DNA of 64,000 nucleotides from Haliotis rufescens (Eukaryota): NCBI RefSeq assembly GCF_023055435.1, contig NW_025963979.1, positions 4,650,001-4,714,000 on the forward strand. The letters are read 5' to 3'. Below are positions 1 to 13,740 of the stretch, piece after piece; positions within the stretch are counted from its first letter, which is position 1, and the number at the start of each line of letters is the position of its first letter. The position numbers and the translations under genes were made by a program. The notes beneath the pieces were generated by a model. The model ran no database searches, had not been told where the DNA came from, and saw only the letters and a list, made by a program, of their open reading frames with translations.

Positions 1-545
1 TCTTATGATTATTAGAGCTGGGACGATACACCAACAGTACCATATGTGTATCACGATACCTTGGTTACAATCTGATATGCATCACGATACTTGCATGTGC
101 TTTTATCTATGGTGCGTAAGCCATCTTTTTCATAGACAGGGTGGCCAAATACCTGGCACTCTGATGATTTACAGTTGACAGTGTCAAGCCTCGCGCAATG
201 GATGAAAATATTGGAAATTTTAGTATAAAATCATCCCCGCATCTCATTTACTCTAGCCTAATAAGCTCTGTGAAAGAGAATGAATTGGTAGAGGCGCACA
301 CGTGGTCAGTTCAAGCAGGCACTGCGTGCACGAGAGGCACGTAATTGACCTAGCTTTTGGACGTAACCATGGAGATGCAGGGGGGCTTGGGTGGCTATTT
401 TTATTTTCAGAAGCTGGAAACATGATTCAAGCATGTTCCCACATAGCATGGAAGAAGAAGGGAGAAATATAAAGTGTGAGATAGGCTTAGTTTAAAGAAT
501 TTATATTTGCACGACTAATTTGCAGAAAATATTTACGGTAAGAAT

Positions 546-999
546 TAGGGCTGCAACGAATACACTATGCGTTGATTATGATTTGTATCACGAATATAGG
601 GTAACGAATATGAATATTTATTCACGAATACAATAACAACTCAGCAGTTGATGTATTATTTATTATATTCAGTGAAAAATAACATAAATTATTTGACGTT
701 TGGTTAATTATTAATATATTATACATTCATATACTGCACGTTATCCAGGTACAAGTATCTGCTCAAATACAACAATGACCGATGACTACAATACTGTCAA
801 ATTATATATATTAGTGTTGTCTTTAAAGAAATCTATGCATATAATATGTTCTTAAGGATATTTTTAGGTACAGGGTATGTTGATGCACATGACTGCATAT
901 TCATAAATATTCGATTCTAGTGACCATGAATAATGAATTCAATTCATGAATGGATACGGTTCGATTCACCGAATACACAAGTTAATAGTAACAGCCCTA
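546..999. mobile_element. hAT-type MITE nested in an older MITE-like element (~13-1100)
   Basis: TIRs TAGGGCTG / CAGCCCTA, perfect 8-bp TSD GTAAGAAT (538-545 and 1000-1007), repeated subterminal CGAATA motifs. Confidence 0.8.
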
Positions 1000-1228
1000 G
1001 TAAGAATCGATTTTACTGGTGTGCGACTGTGATAGATACTTGTACTGAGCAGTAAATAATCGTGATCCAGCGATGCATCGGTACATTATCCCACTACTTA
1101 TGATAATATAACAAGAGTTACTAACCACATCATGACTTTGTTTGAACCTGCCTATCACCATGACAATGGATGATCATCATAATCATGCTGATACGACATG
1201 TTGGTTGTGACCAAAAAGTAAAGATTAC

Positions 1229-4200
1229 CTGATTAATGGAATTAGCTGCACAGGAGGAAAGTCCAGTACCCAGTGTGCATAGAATGAATGTCGTGGGATC
1301 AAAAGCTCCAGGTGCCATTGCATACCCAGCCATTGATGTCAGCACAACCAGCCCTGCAAGATACAAACAAGGAACTTTGATTACATTCTTCAGCTGGATT
1401 GAGCATAAACGATGATACAACTGCAACAAATCAAAGCATTGTTCTTGCCATAAGACAGGACTACTCATTATAAGATCAGCAAACATTTACACCAGTCTAT
1501 TCAGAGATGTTTGTCATTAGGCAGTCAACAAATGTCAGTTTGAACAGATATCTCAGTTCACTATAAAAGGTTGCAAAAGTGTACTGGCAAGATGGCTTTT
1601 TGAGGCTTGAAATTCCTTACATCACAGTGCCAATGGCATGGTTAAATAGTTATTGTGTTTTTTTACGTGTGCCGGGGTGACCAAGTCTGTTCTAAACCCA
1701 TTTTCGACCTTGAACATGTTTGAATCCTCAAAGGGTTAGCTTGTATCAACTCTGTCAAAACATAGTCACCATAAATCTCCGCTACAAAATTGGCGTGTTT
1801 CAGGGGTGTCCCAAATATTAATCAAATATTACCACCAAGCGGTTTTTCTTTTAGCATGCAACCAAGAACAAAAGATGAGGTGCATATGTCCGACTAACTT
1901 TATGTAAACTTTCAATAGTTTCTGTGGAGAACCTTACAAGATATGATCTTTAAAGTAAACTTTCTGTGAAAAAAATCATCAAAATCAAAATCCAATAGGG
2001 CCGTCACTAAGATAGATATCCAAAAACGGCAAACAGAGTTTGATGTGTTACGTATGGAGACAATTCTCAGAAAGTTTGGAAGCATTTCATGCAGTGGATC
2101 CAGAGGAGATAGGATTTGAAGACAAGTACCCAAAAGACCCTGTGAAAACTTTGAATCCAATATGGCCGCAACTAAAAAAGATATCCAAAAACGGCTAACA
2201 GAGTTAGATGTGTTATGCATGGAGACAATTCTCAGAAAGTTTGAAATCATTTCATTCAGTGGATTCAGAGGAGATGGGTTTTGAAGACAGATACCCCAAA
2301 AACCCTGTGAAAACCTTGAATCCAATATGGCTGCCACCACGTGACCACTGACCAAAGTCAAAGAACAAAAAATATCAAGCAGCAGTAGATACACACAAGG
2401 TTTGAAAGTAAACAGATAAACAATTGTGGAGCAGCAGAGCAAAATATATCGTCCAAAAATACTTGTTTTTAAGTTATCTGCCCTTGGCCTTTGGGACTAC
2501 AGCCTTGGGATTTTGGCGGGCCCTAGTACCCAACGGTTTACATACACACACAAAATTGAGCCAGTCGTTATTTTGCTAGGTCTGGTACAAAAATCGGCGG
2601 AATAATAAATAATAATAATAAATCGAACGATTACAATAGGGCTCTACAGCCTTTCGGCTTGGAGCCCTAATAATAATACACAACTCAAGCTGCTTTTTGG
2701 GTGCTGAAGGTCAACAGTCACATTTCCATCTCATGCCACTTGGTACCCATGTTTAGTGCTGGGTGAACAGAGGCACTTTTTGAACAAAGTCACTTGCCTA
2801 AGGAGACACCTATGTGCTACATGTGCTCCAGTGTGGGGCAGGACCGAAGCCCTAGAAACCCTCATTCACAGGAGTCACACTCCCATGGTATGAACAATGA
2901 TGAAGATTGATCAAATTTCTAAAGCATTCTTGTTGGCACAAGGAATGCTCGGAGGAGATCACAACACTTTATACCATGTTGATGTTTTAGCTAATGAATA
3001 CATTTTGTGTTGGTTGTCTCAAAGTTTGTACATATTTGCAGGTTATGCATCAACAGAGCATGTCATAACCATTGCTGTTTGCTAGTTATTACCTAGAAGG
3101 GCAGTGTATGTTCATATTTCAATAATCTACTGCTGATTAATTACAGGTATTTATGATATTGCAATATATTTGACATAATCATGACAGTTTACTCTGATCT
3201 GTACTCTTCAATTATTGGAGGAAATAAAGAATGTCTGTCATGGTAAAGGCAAAGATTGCATGACAGTAACTTTAGATTACATATTATCCACTGCTTTACC
3301 AGTTAGTCTGATCTTGGAAAGCTTGAGGTAGTACTGGGGTAGCTTCCTCAAATCAAGTTGACATTCTCTCCACAGATTATCGTCAGTAGCTGTCGTAATC
3401 TTTGGTGGTACTGTGATGTCCACAGGAGGCGCTGGTATGAACAATGTTTCCACCTTATTCTTTGAAGGCGAAAATGGAATGTCTTGTCCTAGTGGCAGAA
3501 TAACACTTAAATTTCTACCAACATTTTTCGCATTGAGATGCACTAGCTTTGCTGCTGTGCGAAAGTGAAGTGACACATAGTCCTTGGGTGTAGCTGGAGG
3601 GGCCAGTGCGATGTTGTCCAACTCATCATCAGAGTTGGACCCTTCAAAGGTACCTGGGGATGGTTTCTCATCAGAGACTGCACGAGTGTCATACTGTAAA
3701 ATATGAGAGAAATATATTATTCTTCTTTATCATGTACTACAACATTAATTTAACTGCCAAAAGAAGACTCCCATTTTATGTGGCTAAGAGCTGATTAGCA
3801 CATTGTGTAATTCCAGGCACGATAATGACAGTGTTCCTCAGGCTGCACCATACCAACTAATCATGCTAATGCTTGTGGGTTTCACCAAAGTGGTCAATGT
3901 CTAACACCTGTATCACTTTTCACACTTCAACATGATGTTATATAACTGATATTCTGTTCAAAGGGATAAAAACTGAAATAAGCAAAATACACTGGCTCAT
4001 TCAGCCACTATTTGTATCTATAATTTAGGCCCTTAGGACAAAACTCTGTATGTACAAGTTATCTTTTTATCCCCAAGCAGCTGTTTTCTCTAAGCTTCTC
4101 GTCATTTAAAAAGCAACTGAAACAACAGCTTGTTGTCTTTCAACAGATCAAATTATATATAAGTTGAGATAACAGAACATTTGTTCTTAATTTACACAAC

Positions 4201-4464
4201 CAAGACAAAATAAGATACTTTTTCATGTTTCTCGTGTTTGATTTCAAATTTATGAAGGTTTTATGAAGGTAATACATGAATCGTGTGAAAAAAAACACTG
4301 TACAAACTTACGTGTCTTAAATGATGCGTGCATCCAGCTGAAAAGGCCTTCGTGTGTAACGTCCTGTGTCTGGTTAATTGTTGATCGCTTATTGCCAGCA
4401 GACGCCTCCATCGGACGCGATTGATCCTCGCCAAGGTTATACAAGGGTTACATGACAGACGCAT
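1229..4464 (-). CDS. COX10: Protoheme IX farnesyltransferase (heme O synthase), first 3 coding exons; the gene continues off the left edge
   Basis: Exons 4464-4312 ([23 protein letters not shown]..., Arg-rich like a mitochondrial presequence), 3693-3300 (...[13 protein letters not shown]) and 1353-1229 ([15 protein letters not shown]...[14 protein letters not shown]). All introns are GT-AG with compatible phases (0, 1). [17 protein letters not shown] are typical COX10/UbiA motifs. Confidence 0.93.
1860..2672. mobile_element. HINE/DINE-1-like (non-autonomous Helentron-type) element
   Basis: Internal ~170-bp tandem subrepeats (TCCAATATGGC...AAAGTTTG), an (AAT)n tract and a terminal stem-loop TAGGGCTC..GAGCCCTA. 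Boundaries approximate. Confidence 0.55.
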
Positions 4465-4705
4465 CGTAACCGGCAACACAAGCAAAATGTCGGTATTTAC
4501 CGCTCAGCCTAATATTTTTGGGATTAGAGTTAAATACTTTAAAGTATATCGTCACATATGTCATTCTATATGTTGTTCAAGATCACATAACACTCTTTCC
4601 ATCACGACACACGTTCTTCTGGTTCGCGTACTTGACTTCCGGGTGGCATCGGAAGTAGTATTGGTCATGTTAGAAGCGAGATCTCAAATCGTGTATCGAT
4701 AGAAG
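4465..4705. promoter_or_regulatory. Probable bidirectional promoter, COX10/RPP21
   Basis: Divergent ATGs 241 bp apart in a locally CpG-rich stretch. Opposed ETS-type motifs ACTTCCGG (4635-4642) and CGGAAGT (4650-4656). Confidence 0.6.
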
Positions 4706-7700
4706 ATGGGGAAAGGCAAAACTCCCGGTATCGCTAATAAGGAAACTTTTCAACGTATCAACTTTTTGTATCAGGTTAGGAAATCACATGTCATACATGT
4801 AAATTGCGTTATCTGCATAAATCTATCAGCTGACAAGGATTTATTTAACCACGAAGGGTTGACAACTTCTATTTACGTATACGTCTCACGCCAATTCATG
4901 TTTATATTTACTGTTTTTATCATTGGGAACCCTTTTTGTGTGTATGATATATTATCCTCAAGATCAAACTAGAATTTCTTTTCATACCCTCCTGCTAGAG
5001 TTTAGTGTAGCTAAGCTGCTTTGTTTATGACACACATAAACAGCTGCTAACCTGTGTAACTGTTTAGTTTAGCATATGAACAGAAATAAGCATACTCGAA
5101 GTCATATCAACTACTTAGCATTTTAATAAACAGGTTAAAGAATTATTTGGGCAGTCTCAGAATGTGAGCAGTCTTGTCATGCTTATGACATGTTCCACAG
5201 AAACTTGTGACTATCTGGGTGACACTTTTTCATGATAACAATTGAGCAAAAGATTAGTTTTAGCATCATATTTCTTGATACTATGGAATCTAGTAATCTA
5301 AGTACATTCGAAAATGTCACAATTTGATCATGGATTAAAAGACAAATACAACTTTTAAATTGTTAAAATTCTTCATAGTCCTAAACAAGATTTCAGTGTT
5401 TGTCCTCTGTTTTCTTCAGGCAGCGCACCAGTGTCTGGAGACCTCTCCACATGATGTGAGTCTGTGCCGGTATTACATTCACACACTGAAGACACTTGCC
5501 AAGAGACAAGTTCTCCGATTGTAAGTTCATCAGATATGAAGAATATACTTCTCATGTTTTACATGAAGTCACACAAACAAAACCTGCTGTGTTATGTTCT
5601 TGGATTTCCAAGAACTTTCATTTCTAACTGTATTAGATATTATTTTGACCAACATCCAGGGTGACAGGTTGTCTGATGAGGGATTTGTGGGAATGATGGA
5701 GTGACATGGGTATAGTCAAGCAGCCTCGGCAATGTAGATATATAGCTGTCATTTGTCTTTTATTTGAACAGCCGTGTTATAGTCAAATATGTCAAGTTGT
5801 GATAAACACATGATAAATGATGCAAGTGTAGACATTCTAGTGTTTGAAGTATTAACTTTAATATTTCTTTGCATTTATGGAGTGTAAACGTAAAAATCAG
5901 TGTGCACACTGTGTAAATCTGTGTAGTGGATTTAGGCAAAGTGTGCACACCATATTTTACATTTATATCTCCATAAATGCAAAAAATATTGAGTCAATTC
6001 TTAAAAATATATTTAGTCAACAATAATTACTTCTCAGACTGCTTATTTAATGACTAATACACACAACACTGTAGACAACACTACAAAATCAGTGACATCG
6101 TTAAGGGCAATAAGTCAACACAAGTCCTGCCCATTCTATTATCAGCCAATCAGGAAACAGTAGTTTCTAAGTGGGTGTGGCCAATAAAATTTCAGTTTAT
6201 GCCAAAAATGTGCTTGGTTAGCCAATCAAATGCTACAGAAGCCCTTGCAATTTATTTATTAAATATTAACCGTGTTAACCTGTCAATGATTCCAGAGAGT
6301 AGTCACAAGCACATCAGTCAGAATCTACATGAGGTACCATGACGTACTTGACCATGTTCATGTGGAAATTGTTTTCCATCCTAAATTTCTTCCTATTTTG
6401 AGGAAAATCCACCCTGCCGTTCATGAAATTACATCCATGCCCTTTTCAGAGATGACATTTAAGCCTTAGTATCATTAAAATAACATCTATTACTCCTGTA
6501 AGATACCTCTATGCATGAAGATCTGATGACCCCTTTTTAGGAGATAGCATCCAATGAACCTTCTAATCAGCCAATCCACTACATTCTCAGCACAAGGGGG
6601 GTGAATGAAACTTTTAGAGATCCATATCTTATTTCTGTATCTCGAAAAAACAAACTAACCAGCCAGTTCTGAATGTAAATGGGTATATTTTTGTGAATAT
6701 TTTTAACATCTTGTCATTTCTGAGTGCCACTGGCACCCACACCCAAAAATGGAGTACCATCGTAGGGATATCTGTGTTCTGTGTGGGTTTTCTTATGTAG
6801 AAATGTCCAAGTGAAGGTGACAAAGAAATGAGCCTGAATGGTTTAGAAAGCTGACATACAGACATCTGAAGGGCTTGAGAACCCACACATCCGGTATTTA
6901 GATTTGGCGGTCAAAGTTTACTCAGGGGTGATCTGATATGACCTTCTGTGGAGGGGTCGTCACATCTCCACACAGAGAGGTACCTTACTGGAGTAAAAGA
7001 TCTCAGATTTTATTGAGGTTGTTTAAAAGTAGGGATGCCATCATGTATCATGATATGATGTATCGATATATTTTTAATTTCGATCTGTACCAATACCAGT
7101 TCATGAATATCAATACCACATTAATAGTTCACTGCTACAGACATTTTTACATTTATTAACATGAACATGGTATAGATTGACAATGAGAAGGCAGACAATT
7201 CTATTTTAGACATGTGATGGATCAGCCTTGTTCATATTTAGCATGAAATTGATTAATTTCAGGTCTACATAGGTAATTTATATCTGTACACATACAGAAT
7301 ATTTAACTGTTTAAGTGGATATATCAACACTAGACTGTCCAATCAATGACACCTCTTCATAAGAGTTTGTTAATATATTGAGATCTAATATTTGTGAACC
7401 AATGATCTTGTGTTATCACTTTATCAACAGACTTGCTTAAGTGTAGAATATCTGCTAATTCATTATAATAAGCATGAGAAGAGGTATGGTTTCTCATCAT
7501 CAGACACCCAGACATGAGGCGAACGCTGTGCAAGATGTGCAGTGTGCTGCTGTTGCCGGGGGTGACAGCAAGAGTCCGGACAGGCAGTGAGTATCCTACT
7601 GAGGGCAGGGCGTTCTCTCACAAACAGCCCAGGGGTATTATCATGATAATGTTTGTAGAAAGTTTAAGGTTTCTTTGGGAAATCTGGAGTAGAAGAGGTC

Positions 7701-9638
7701 TTCAGCAACCCGTGCTTGTCGTAAGAGGCAACCAAGGGGATCGGGTGGTCAGGCTCGCTGACTTGGTTGATGCATGTCATCGATCCAAATTGTGTGGATT
7801 GATGCTCATGATGTCGATCCCTTGATTGTCTGTTCCAGACTGGATTATTTACAGACTGCCATCATATAGCTGGAATATTGCTGAGTACGGCATCAACAAA
7901 CAAACAAACAAATCGAGGCCAGGTCTTTCTATCACAACAGCCCGGGGATATTATGTTTGTGTTAGACAGTTTATGGTTCCCCGACAGCTCACTATATAAG
8001 TAGGCTTCTTATCTGACATGTGTCTCAGACATTCCCCTGAGGAACACCTCTATTACATTGGAGCTCAGGGTCTGTTGTCAGGAGAGAAGTTTGGGACCAT
8101 GACATAATTTTGCCTAAAGAACATGATTGAAAACAGGTCATTTTTATAGAAGTGATGTCTTTTTTTTATAAGTTTGTCAATATCTGTCAACATGGTCAAT
8201 GTAAGCATTGCAAACACCACAAGAACTGTTACAATCCTGTAGTTATTCTGTTATAATGATGTTGTAATTTCATTTGGACCAAGTTGGACATATACTGAAA
8301 CACTATGAAACACAATGGTAGTTATTTACAATTTTGAAGAAATAAATATGGTGAAGTTCTCATAATTTTCTAAGAAAACATTGTATCAGACAAAAATATT
8401 GAGTTTGGGTTTTTACTGGTCAAATGACTAGAGAGACAATAACCGAAGAGCTCATATTTATTGTGTGAATGTGGCAAACAACTGTCCTTTTTTGTTTGTG
8501 GTGTTTATTAAACCCAGACCTCAACAGTCTAAGTGGGTGAGGGTATATAGTTATACCGAGGAATGCCGTCCGTCCTCCCGATGACATTGATTTACCGGGG
8601 TATGTGACCTATAACTTGAAAACTGCTCAATAGATTCTTTTCAAACTTGGTGAACAGTCTTTATACCAATAGGAGAGGAGCAGTGAGGTATTTGATTTCA
8701 ATGTTTGGAGTTTCTGAAAAAATACAGCTTTTTTTCCATTCTTTTACTTAGAATTATTTTACTAAAACATTTGTGTGATCTATAACTTGAAAACACTACT
8801 ATTTCTTTTGAAATTTAGGAAGCAGTTTCCATACTAATAGGTGAGGAGCATTGCAAAATTTGGTTTTGATATGTGCATTTTCTGAAAAGATATGATGTTT
8901 TGCATGTTGAGAACTTAGAATATTGTTTTTACTTCAACATTTGTGCAACCTATGACTTGAAAACTACTTCATGGATTTTTTTCCAACTGGAAAATATCAA
9001 TAGGAGCGGTGCAGTGTGAAGTTTGTTTTCAGTATTTAGATTTTCGAAAATAATATAGCTACAATAGCTATAATCATGGTAATATGTACTATTTATATTT
9101 TATTATTTTACTTAGAACTAATTTACTGAAACATTTGTGCGTCCTGTAAGTAGAATACATATTCATGGATTCTTTTCAAATTTAGGAAACAATTTCCTTA
9201 CTAGTGCAGTGCAGAGATTATTTTTGTATGTGTATTTTCTGAATAAAGATGTGATTATCTTAATGTTTTGAACTTGACTATTTCTTACATTTGTGTGCCC
9301 TATAACTTTAAAACTACTTCATGGATTCTTTTGCAATTGGGGTACAGTTTCTATACCAATAGGTGTTGATTTCGGTAAGTGGATTTTCTGAGAAAAGATT
9401 GCTTTTTTCATGTTTTGAACTTAGAAATACCTTAGGTATATGGGAAGATAAGTCAGGGAATGAGTGAGCCCTGATCACTCTTTGTCTTGTTATGATTATG
9501 TTTGTATTCTATTCAGAGAAACAGATCAAGTTAACACAAGTCACCTGTTTGGAATGTGGAGCTAGCAAGAGGTTTCCATGGAAACCAGATCATCAGCTTT
9601 GGGCAGACACAGAAGAGGCATGGCTTGCAAAAACCTGA
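4706..9638 (+). CDS. RPP21: Ribonuclease P protein subunit p21 (Rpr2 family), 4 exons, ~124 aa
   Basis: Exons 4706-4774, 5420-5520, 7504-7586, 9517-9638 (375 nt, GT-AG). Motifs: FQRINFLYQAA, KRQVLRL, RRTLCKMCSVLLLPGVT, VTCLECGASKRF (two CxxC zinc-ribbon pairs). Confidence 0.93.
7690..7912 (+). mobile_element. SINE-like repeat, family C (other copies ~14680-14800, 24250-24425, 40190-40320, 46960-47090, 48555-48795, 60105-60350)
   Basis: Recurrent block CTTGTCGTAAGAGGC..TTGGTTGA..TCCAGAC..ATATAGCTGGAATATTGCTGAG with a (CAAA)n tail, in both orientations. Confidence 0.75.
8530..9490 (+). mobile_element. HINE/DINE-1-like element with ~170-180-bp internal tandem repeats
   Basis: GGGTATATAG start, short CCGT tract, about 5 diverged units starting TGTGxxCTATAACTTGAAAACT, small hairpin at the end. 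Confidence 0.55.
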
Positions 9639-10237
9639 TCCTCCTGAAGACACACAGAGGCTTCATCACAGGTCGTCAGATTGGGTTTTCCAAAAATGGA
9701 ACACTATGTGTCTGAAATCTGAAGTATCCCTGTGGAGCATGTTTAGAGATGCATCCTTTAGGCTTGTCAGAAACCTGTGATCTTCCCCGATTCCCTGGAC
9801 AATATTTCTAGGTTTGTCAGCACTATACCTGTGCTCCTGGGTAAACCAAAGTAAACTATCAATTTGTAAGTCCTGCATCACAGCTTTAAGAGTGAGGAAG
9901 GCTGGATGAGGAACAGTATCTCTTTTGGGGCAGTCACCCAGAGGCCTGGGATCTGTGAACATTGTATGTCCATGTTTAAAGTCACTTCAGGAAGCCTGAA
10001 GTGGAGTGTTTCTCTTTCTGTGAAAAGAAAAGAAAATGAAATACATACATCTAGCTCTACAACAGAAATAGTCACAACAATGCTGGCAGGTATTGATAGT
10101 AACGAGGAACACATGCAAGTACTGGCCTGTGATTCACGCTACTTGAGCTAGTGTTGAATACATACCACCTGTGTTTCTCTATCTTTCTTCTTCTTACCAT
10201 TATGTAAAAGATGGAGAATGTGTTCATTCAACATGGG

Positions 10238-10562
10238 ACCACCTCCGTGGTCTAGTGGTAGAGCATCTGCCCAGAGAGCAAAAGGTCCGGGTTCGATCCC
10301 TGGCTATGTCATACCAAACTATGTTAAAATATGGTAATTCTTGTTACCCTGCCTGGCACTTGGCATTAAGGGGCTAAAGCAAGGACGGGCCGGGTCGGAG
10401 ACAGTCTCTGTGTATGAGTGAGGTATTCATGTTAAACTGTGGCATGGTATCTCAGTGGGCTAGCAGTTGGTCACAACTAGTACAAGAGGCCACACACACA
10501 TGTGCATGCACGTCATTATATAAGTGCAATAATCTTGAAACATGATGTTAACCCCATTTCAC
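10238..10562 (+). mobile_element. tRNA-derived SINE, family A (Meta-domain-like body)
   Basis: A box GTGGTCTAGTGG and B box GGTTCGATCC. Homologous to 35086-35430, 46327-46688 and 42330-42630. Flanked by a TCATTCAACAyGG duplication. Confidence 0.8.
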
Positions 10563-10697
10563 ATCATTCAACACGGTTGACAGATCATAGATATTGAAAG
10601 AAGTGAAAGGAATTAAACTTTGTGAAGATATTTTGTAGTTGTTTTAATTCATTAATGCTGTGTGATGCTGATCCAAGATTGACATCGGATGACTACG

Positions 10698-10858
10698 AGT
10701 GAGTGAGTGAGATTTATGCCGCTTTTAGTAATGTTCCAGCAATATCACGGCGGGGGACACCAGTAGTGGGCTTCACACATTGTACCCGTGTCGGGAATCG
10801 AACCCAGGTCTTCGGCGTGACGACCAAACGCTTTAACCACTAGGCTACCCGACTGCCC
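10698..10858 (-). mobile_element. Short tRNA(Asp-like)-derived SINE, family B
   Basis: GGGTAGCCTAGTGGTTAAAGCG..GTCACGCC head and (CACT)n tail. Near-identical to the copies at 36477 and 52097. Confidence 0.8.
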
Positions 10859-10999
10859 GGATGGCTGCGAGAACTCCGGAGCAGGGCAGTGATGACAAGA
10901 GTATGACCTTCCTGAATTAGTGAGATAAAACCCACTGGGTACGGTCTGATGCTATCACTGTCAGGATATGGTTTGTCTGGCCCCCAATACCTTGTCATA

Positions 11000-12390
11000 T
11001 AGATGTTGCTGACTACACTTTGGGTCACTGTGGTGTAACTGTGATGTTGCTGGCTACACTTTGGGCCAGTGTGATATAGCTAAGATCTTGCTGGCCATAC
11101 TGTGGGCCAGACTGGTATAACTGATGTTGCTTGCTGCACAGTGTACCAATGTGATACTGCTGGCTAGTTTTTGAGGCAGTGTGGTATAACTGATGGCTAC
11201 ACTTTAGGCCAGTGTAATATAGTGAACATTTTGCTGGCTACACTTCGTAACATTGACATAATTAGGATGTTGCTAGCTATACAGTGTTACAGTATGATAT
11301 AGCTACAATGTTGCTGGCTATACTGTGGGTCAGAATGATATATAGCTAACATTTTGCTGGCTATATTGTGGGCCAGTGTGGTATAACTGATGTTGCTGGC
11401 TCCACTTTGGACCAGTGTGATATAGCAAAGATGTTGCTGGCTTTTCAATGGGCCAGTGTGATAGAGCTTAGTTGTTTCTGGCAACACTGTGGGCTAGTGA
11501 GGTATAACTGATGTTGCTGGCTCCACGTTGGACCAGTATGATAGAGCTTAGTTGTTTCTGGCAACACTGTGGGCTAGTGAGGTATAACTGATGTTGCTGG
11601 CTCCACGTTGGACCAGTATGATATAGCTTAGATGTTTCTGGCAACACTGTGGGCTAGTGTGGTATAACTGATGTTGCTGGCTCCACGTTGGACCAGTGTG
11701 ATAGAGCTTAGATGTTTCTGGCAACACTGTGGGCTAGTGTGGTATAACTGATGTTGCTGGCTCCACGTTGGACCAGTATGATATAGCTTAGATGTTTCTG
11801 GCAACACTGTGGGCTAGTGTGGTATAACTGATGTTGCTGGCTCCACGTTGGACCAGTATGATATAGCTTAGATGTTTCTGGCAACACTGTGGGCTAGTGT
11901 GGTATAACTGATGTTGCTGGCTCCACGTTGGACCAGTATGATAGAGCTTAGTTGTTTCTGGCAACACTGTGGGCTAGTGAGGTATAACTGATGTTGCTGG
12001 CTCCACGTTGGACCAGTGTGATATAGCAAAGATGTTGCTGGCTTTTCAATGGGCCAGTGTGATAGAGCTTAGTTGTTTCTGGCAACACTGTGGGCTAGTG
12101 AGGTATAACTGATGTTGCTGGCTCCACGTTGGACCAGTATGATAGAGCTTAGTTGTTTCTGGCAACACTGTGGGCTAGTGAGGTATAACTGATGTTGCTG
12201 GCTCCACGTTGGACCAGTATGATATAGCTTAGATGTTTCTGGCAACACTGTGGGCTAGTGTGGTATAACTGATGTTGCTGGCTCCACGTTGGACCAGTAT
12301 GATATAGCTTAGATGTTTCTGGCAACACTGTGGGCTAGTGTGGTATAACTGATGTTGTTGAATTCACTTTGGGCTACTGTGATGTAATAA
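11000..12390. repeat. Minisatellite: ~40-bp monomers organised into an 80-bp dimeric unit
   Basis: ATAGAGCTTA at 11461 and 11541 (period 80). Both halves share GATGTTxCTGGC..GGxCxAGT. Confidence 0.95.
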
Positions 12391-12399
12391 CCCAGCTAA

Positions 12400-13740
12400 T
12401 ACCCCCATTCCACTGACCATCGGAACCTGATCTGAAGCCCATCTGCTCCAAATTTTGCAAAATTTTCAGCATTCCGATGAGTTCCGATGAAAACTCACCC
12501 GGCATCCTCTTTTTTGGGTCCCTGTTTTCCGTAAAATCCGATAGAGATCCAACATTGATTGGGGTAATCGGATTAAAGACTGGTAGTGGCCCGTTGTCTG
12601 TCCGCCATTTTGATCGGCGGCGTCCGATTGATCCGATTGCGGACTGATTGTAATTCGAGGGTGACCTGACACTAATCTGACACTTCCAACACTCTCCCGA
12701 CACCAATCTGACACATCGGTTACTATTCGTAGGGTAATCGGACACTGACCCAATACTGGTCGGATTTGTCGGAAAATCGGCAGTCTAGCATAAAAGCGGG
12801 CTGCACCTCCTGACAGTACTAGACATTGATCAACTTCTTCGCAAAGCTGCAGCAACAAACTATGCAACAAGATGCAATAACCCTTGAGGTCTGGAGAAGG
12901 AGGCTGAGAAGAAGGCGAAGAAGACCACGTCGTTATTGGGTTCGACCATGGCTGCAAGCTGATAGAAGGCTGTTATATGGGCACTACATCAGACTCATGA
13001 ATGAACTAAGAATGGAGGATACAATGGCATTCTTCAATTTTTTGAGAGTTACGCCAGAATGTTTTGATGAACTACTCCAGAGACTCGCACCAAGACTCAC
13101 GAAGGGTATACTAATGCCTGTTCTTTCTTGGAGCCATCTTCAGGATCTTGGTGCTGTAGTGTCCAATGAAAATCTGCGAAGTGAGTGTCGGCTGACCCTC
13201 CTTTCGTAGTCCGTTGGCCGCCAGATGTCACCGCTTGCTATGCGATATGTGTCGGATGGCAGTTGAGTTAATGAGCAATTACCGTCATTATCATGTTAAC
13301 CTCCAATGAGAATCGAATTGGTGATGGGCGGCTATCAGGCGCGTCGGGCAGACCGCAGATTGCAATCAGATGAGTGTCAGATGACTGTTAATTATCTGAC
13401 ACTCATCAGATTGCCGTCTGACGTCGGCTAGACACGTCCGATAGTTGCACAACCTGATTCTGACACACATCGGACTGACTCGACATTCATCCGACACTGA
13501 CTCGATTTGCGACCGGAAATGGCGTCCAATGGCGAACTTAGCTCCGAGCTTAGTTCCTTCATCGGACGGTTTCGCCTCATCGGATCACGCCCGACACGTC
13601 GGACACTGACCTGATAGTCGACAAACACAAATCGGAATCATCGGAGTGTGATACAATACTCTTCGGTGGGTTACTGGAAGTAAAAATCTTTGCTTCCAAT
13701 GAGTGACCGATGAGCCAAAATTGTCTGTGGTATGGAGGTA
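12400..13740 (+). mobile_element. Internally deleted PIF/Harbinger-type transposon with a transposase N-terminal fragment
   Basis: TIRs TACCCCCATTCCACTGAC / GTCTGTGGTATGGAGGTA (15/18), flanked by TAA and TTA. ORF ..RRYWVRPWL..GHYIRLMNELRMED..FFNFLRVTPECFDELL is typical of Harbinger-type transposase N-termini. Many ATCCGA/TCGGAT subterminal motifs. Confidence 0.8.

Noticed and set aside
1912-2442. 176-aa ORF in a COX10 intron
   Set aside because: It is a translation of the tandem subrepeats of a HINE-like element, with no protein motif.
4250-4444. MEASAGNK.. frame as COX10 exon 1
   Set aside because: It ends in phase 1 at the donor while exon 2 needs phase 0. The MRLSCNP frame fits and looks like a presequence.
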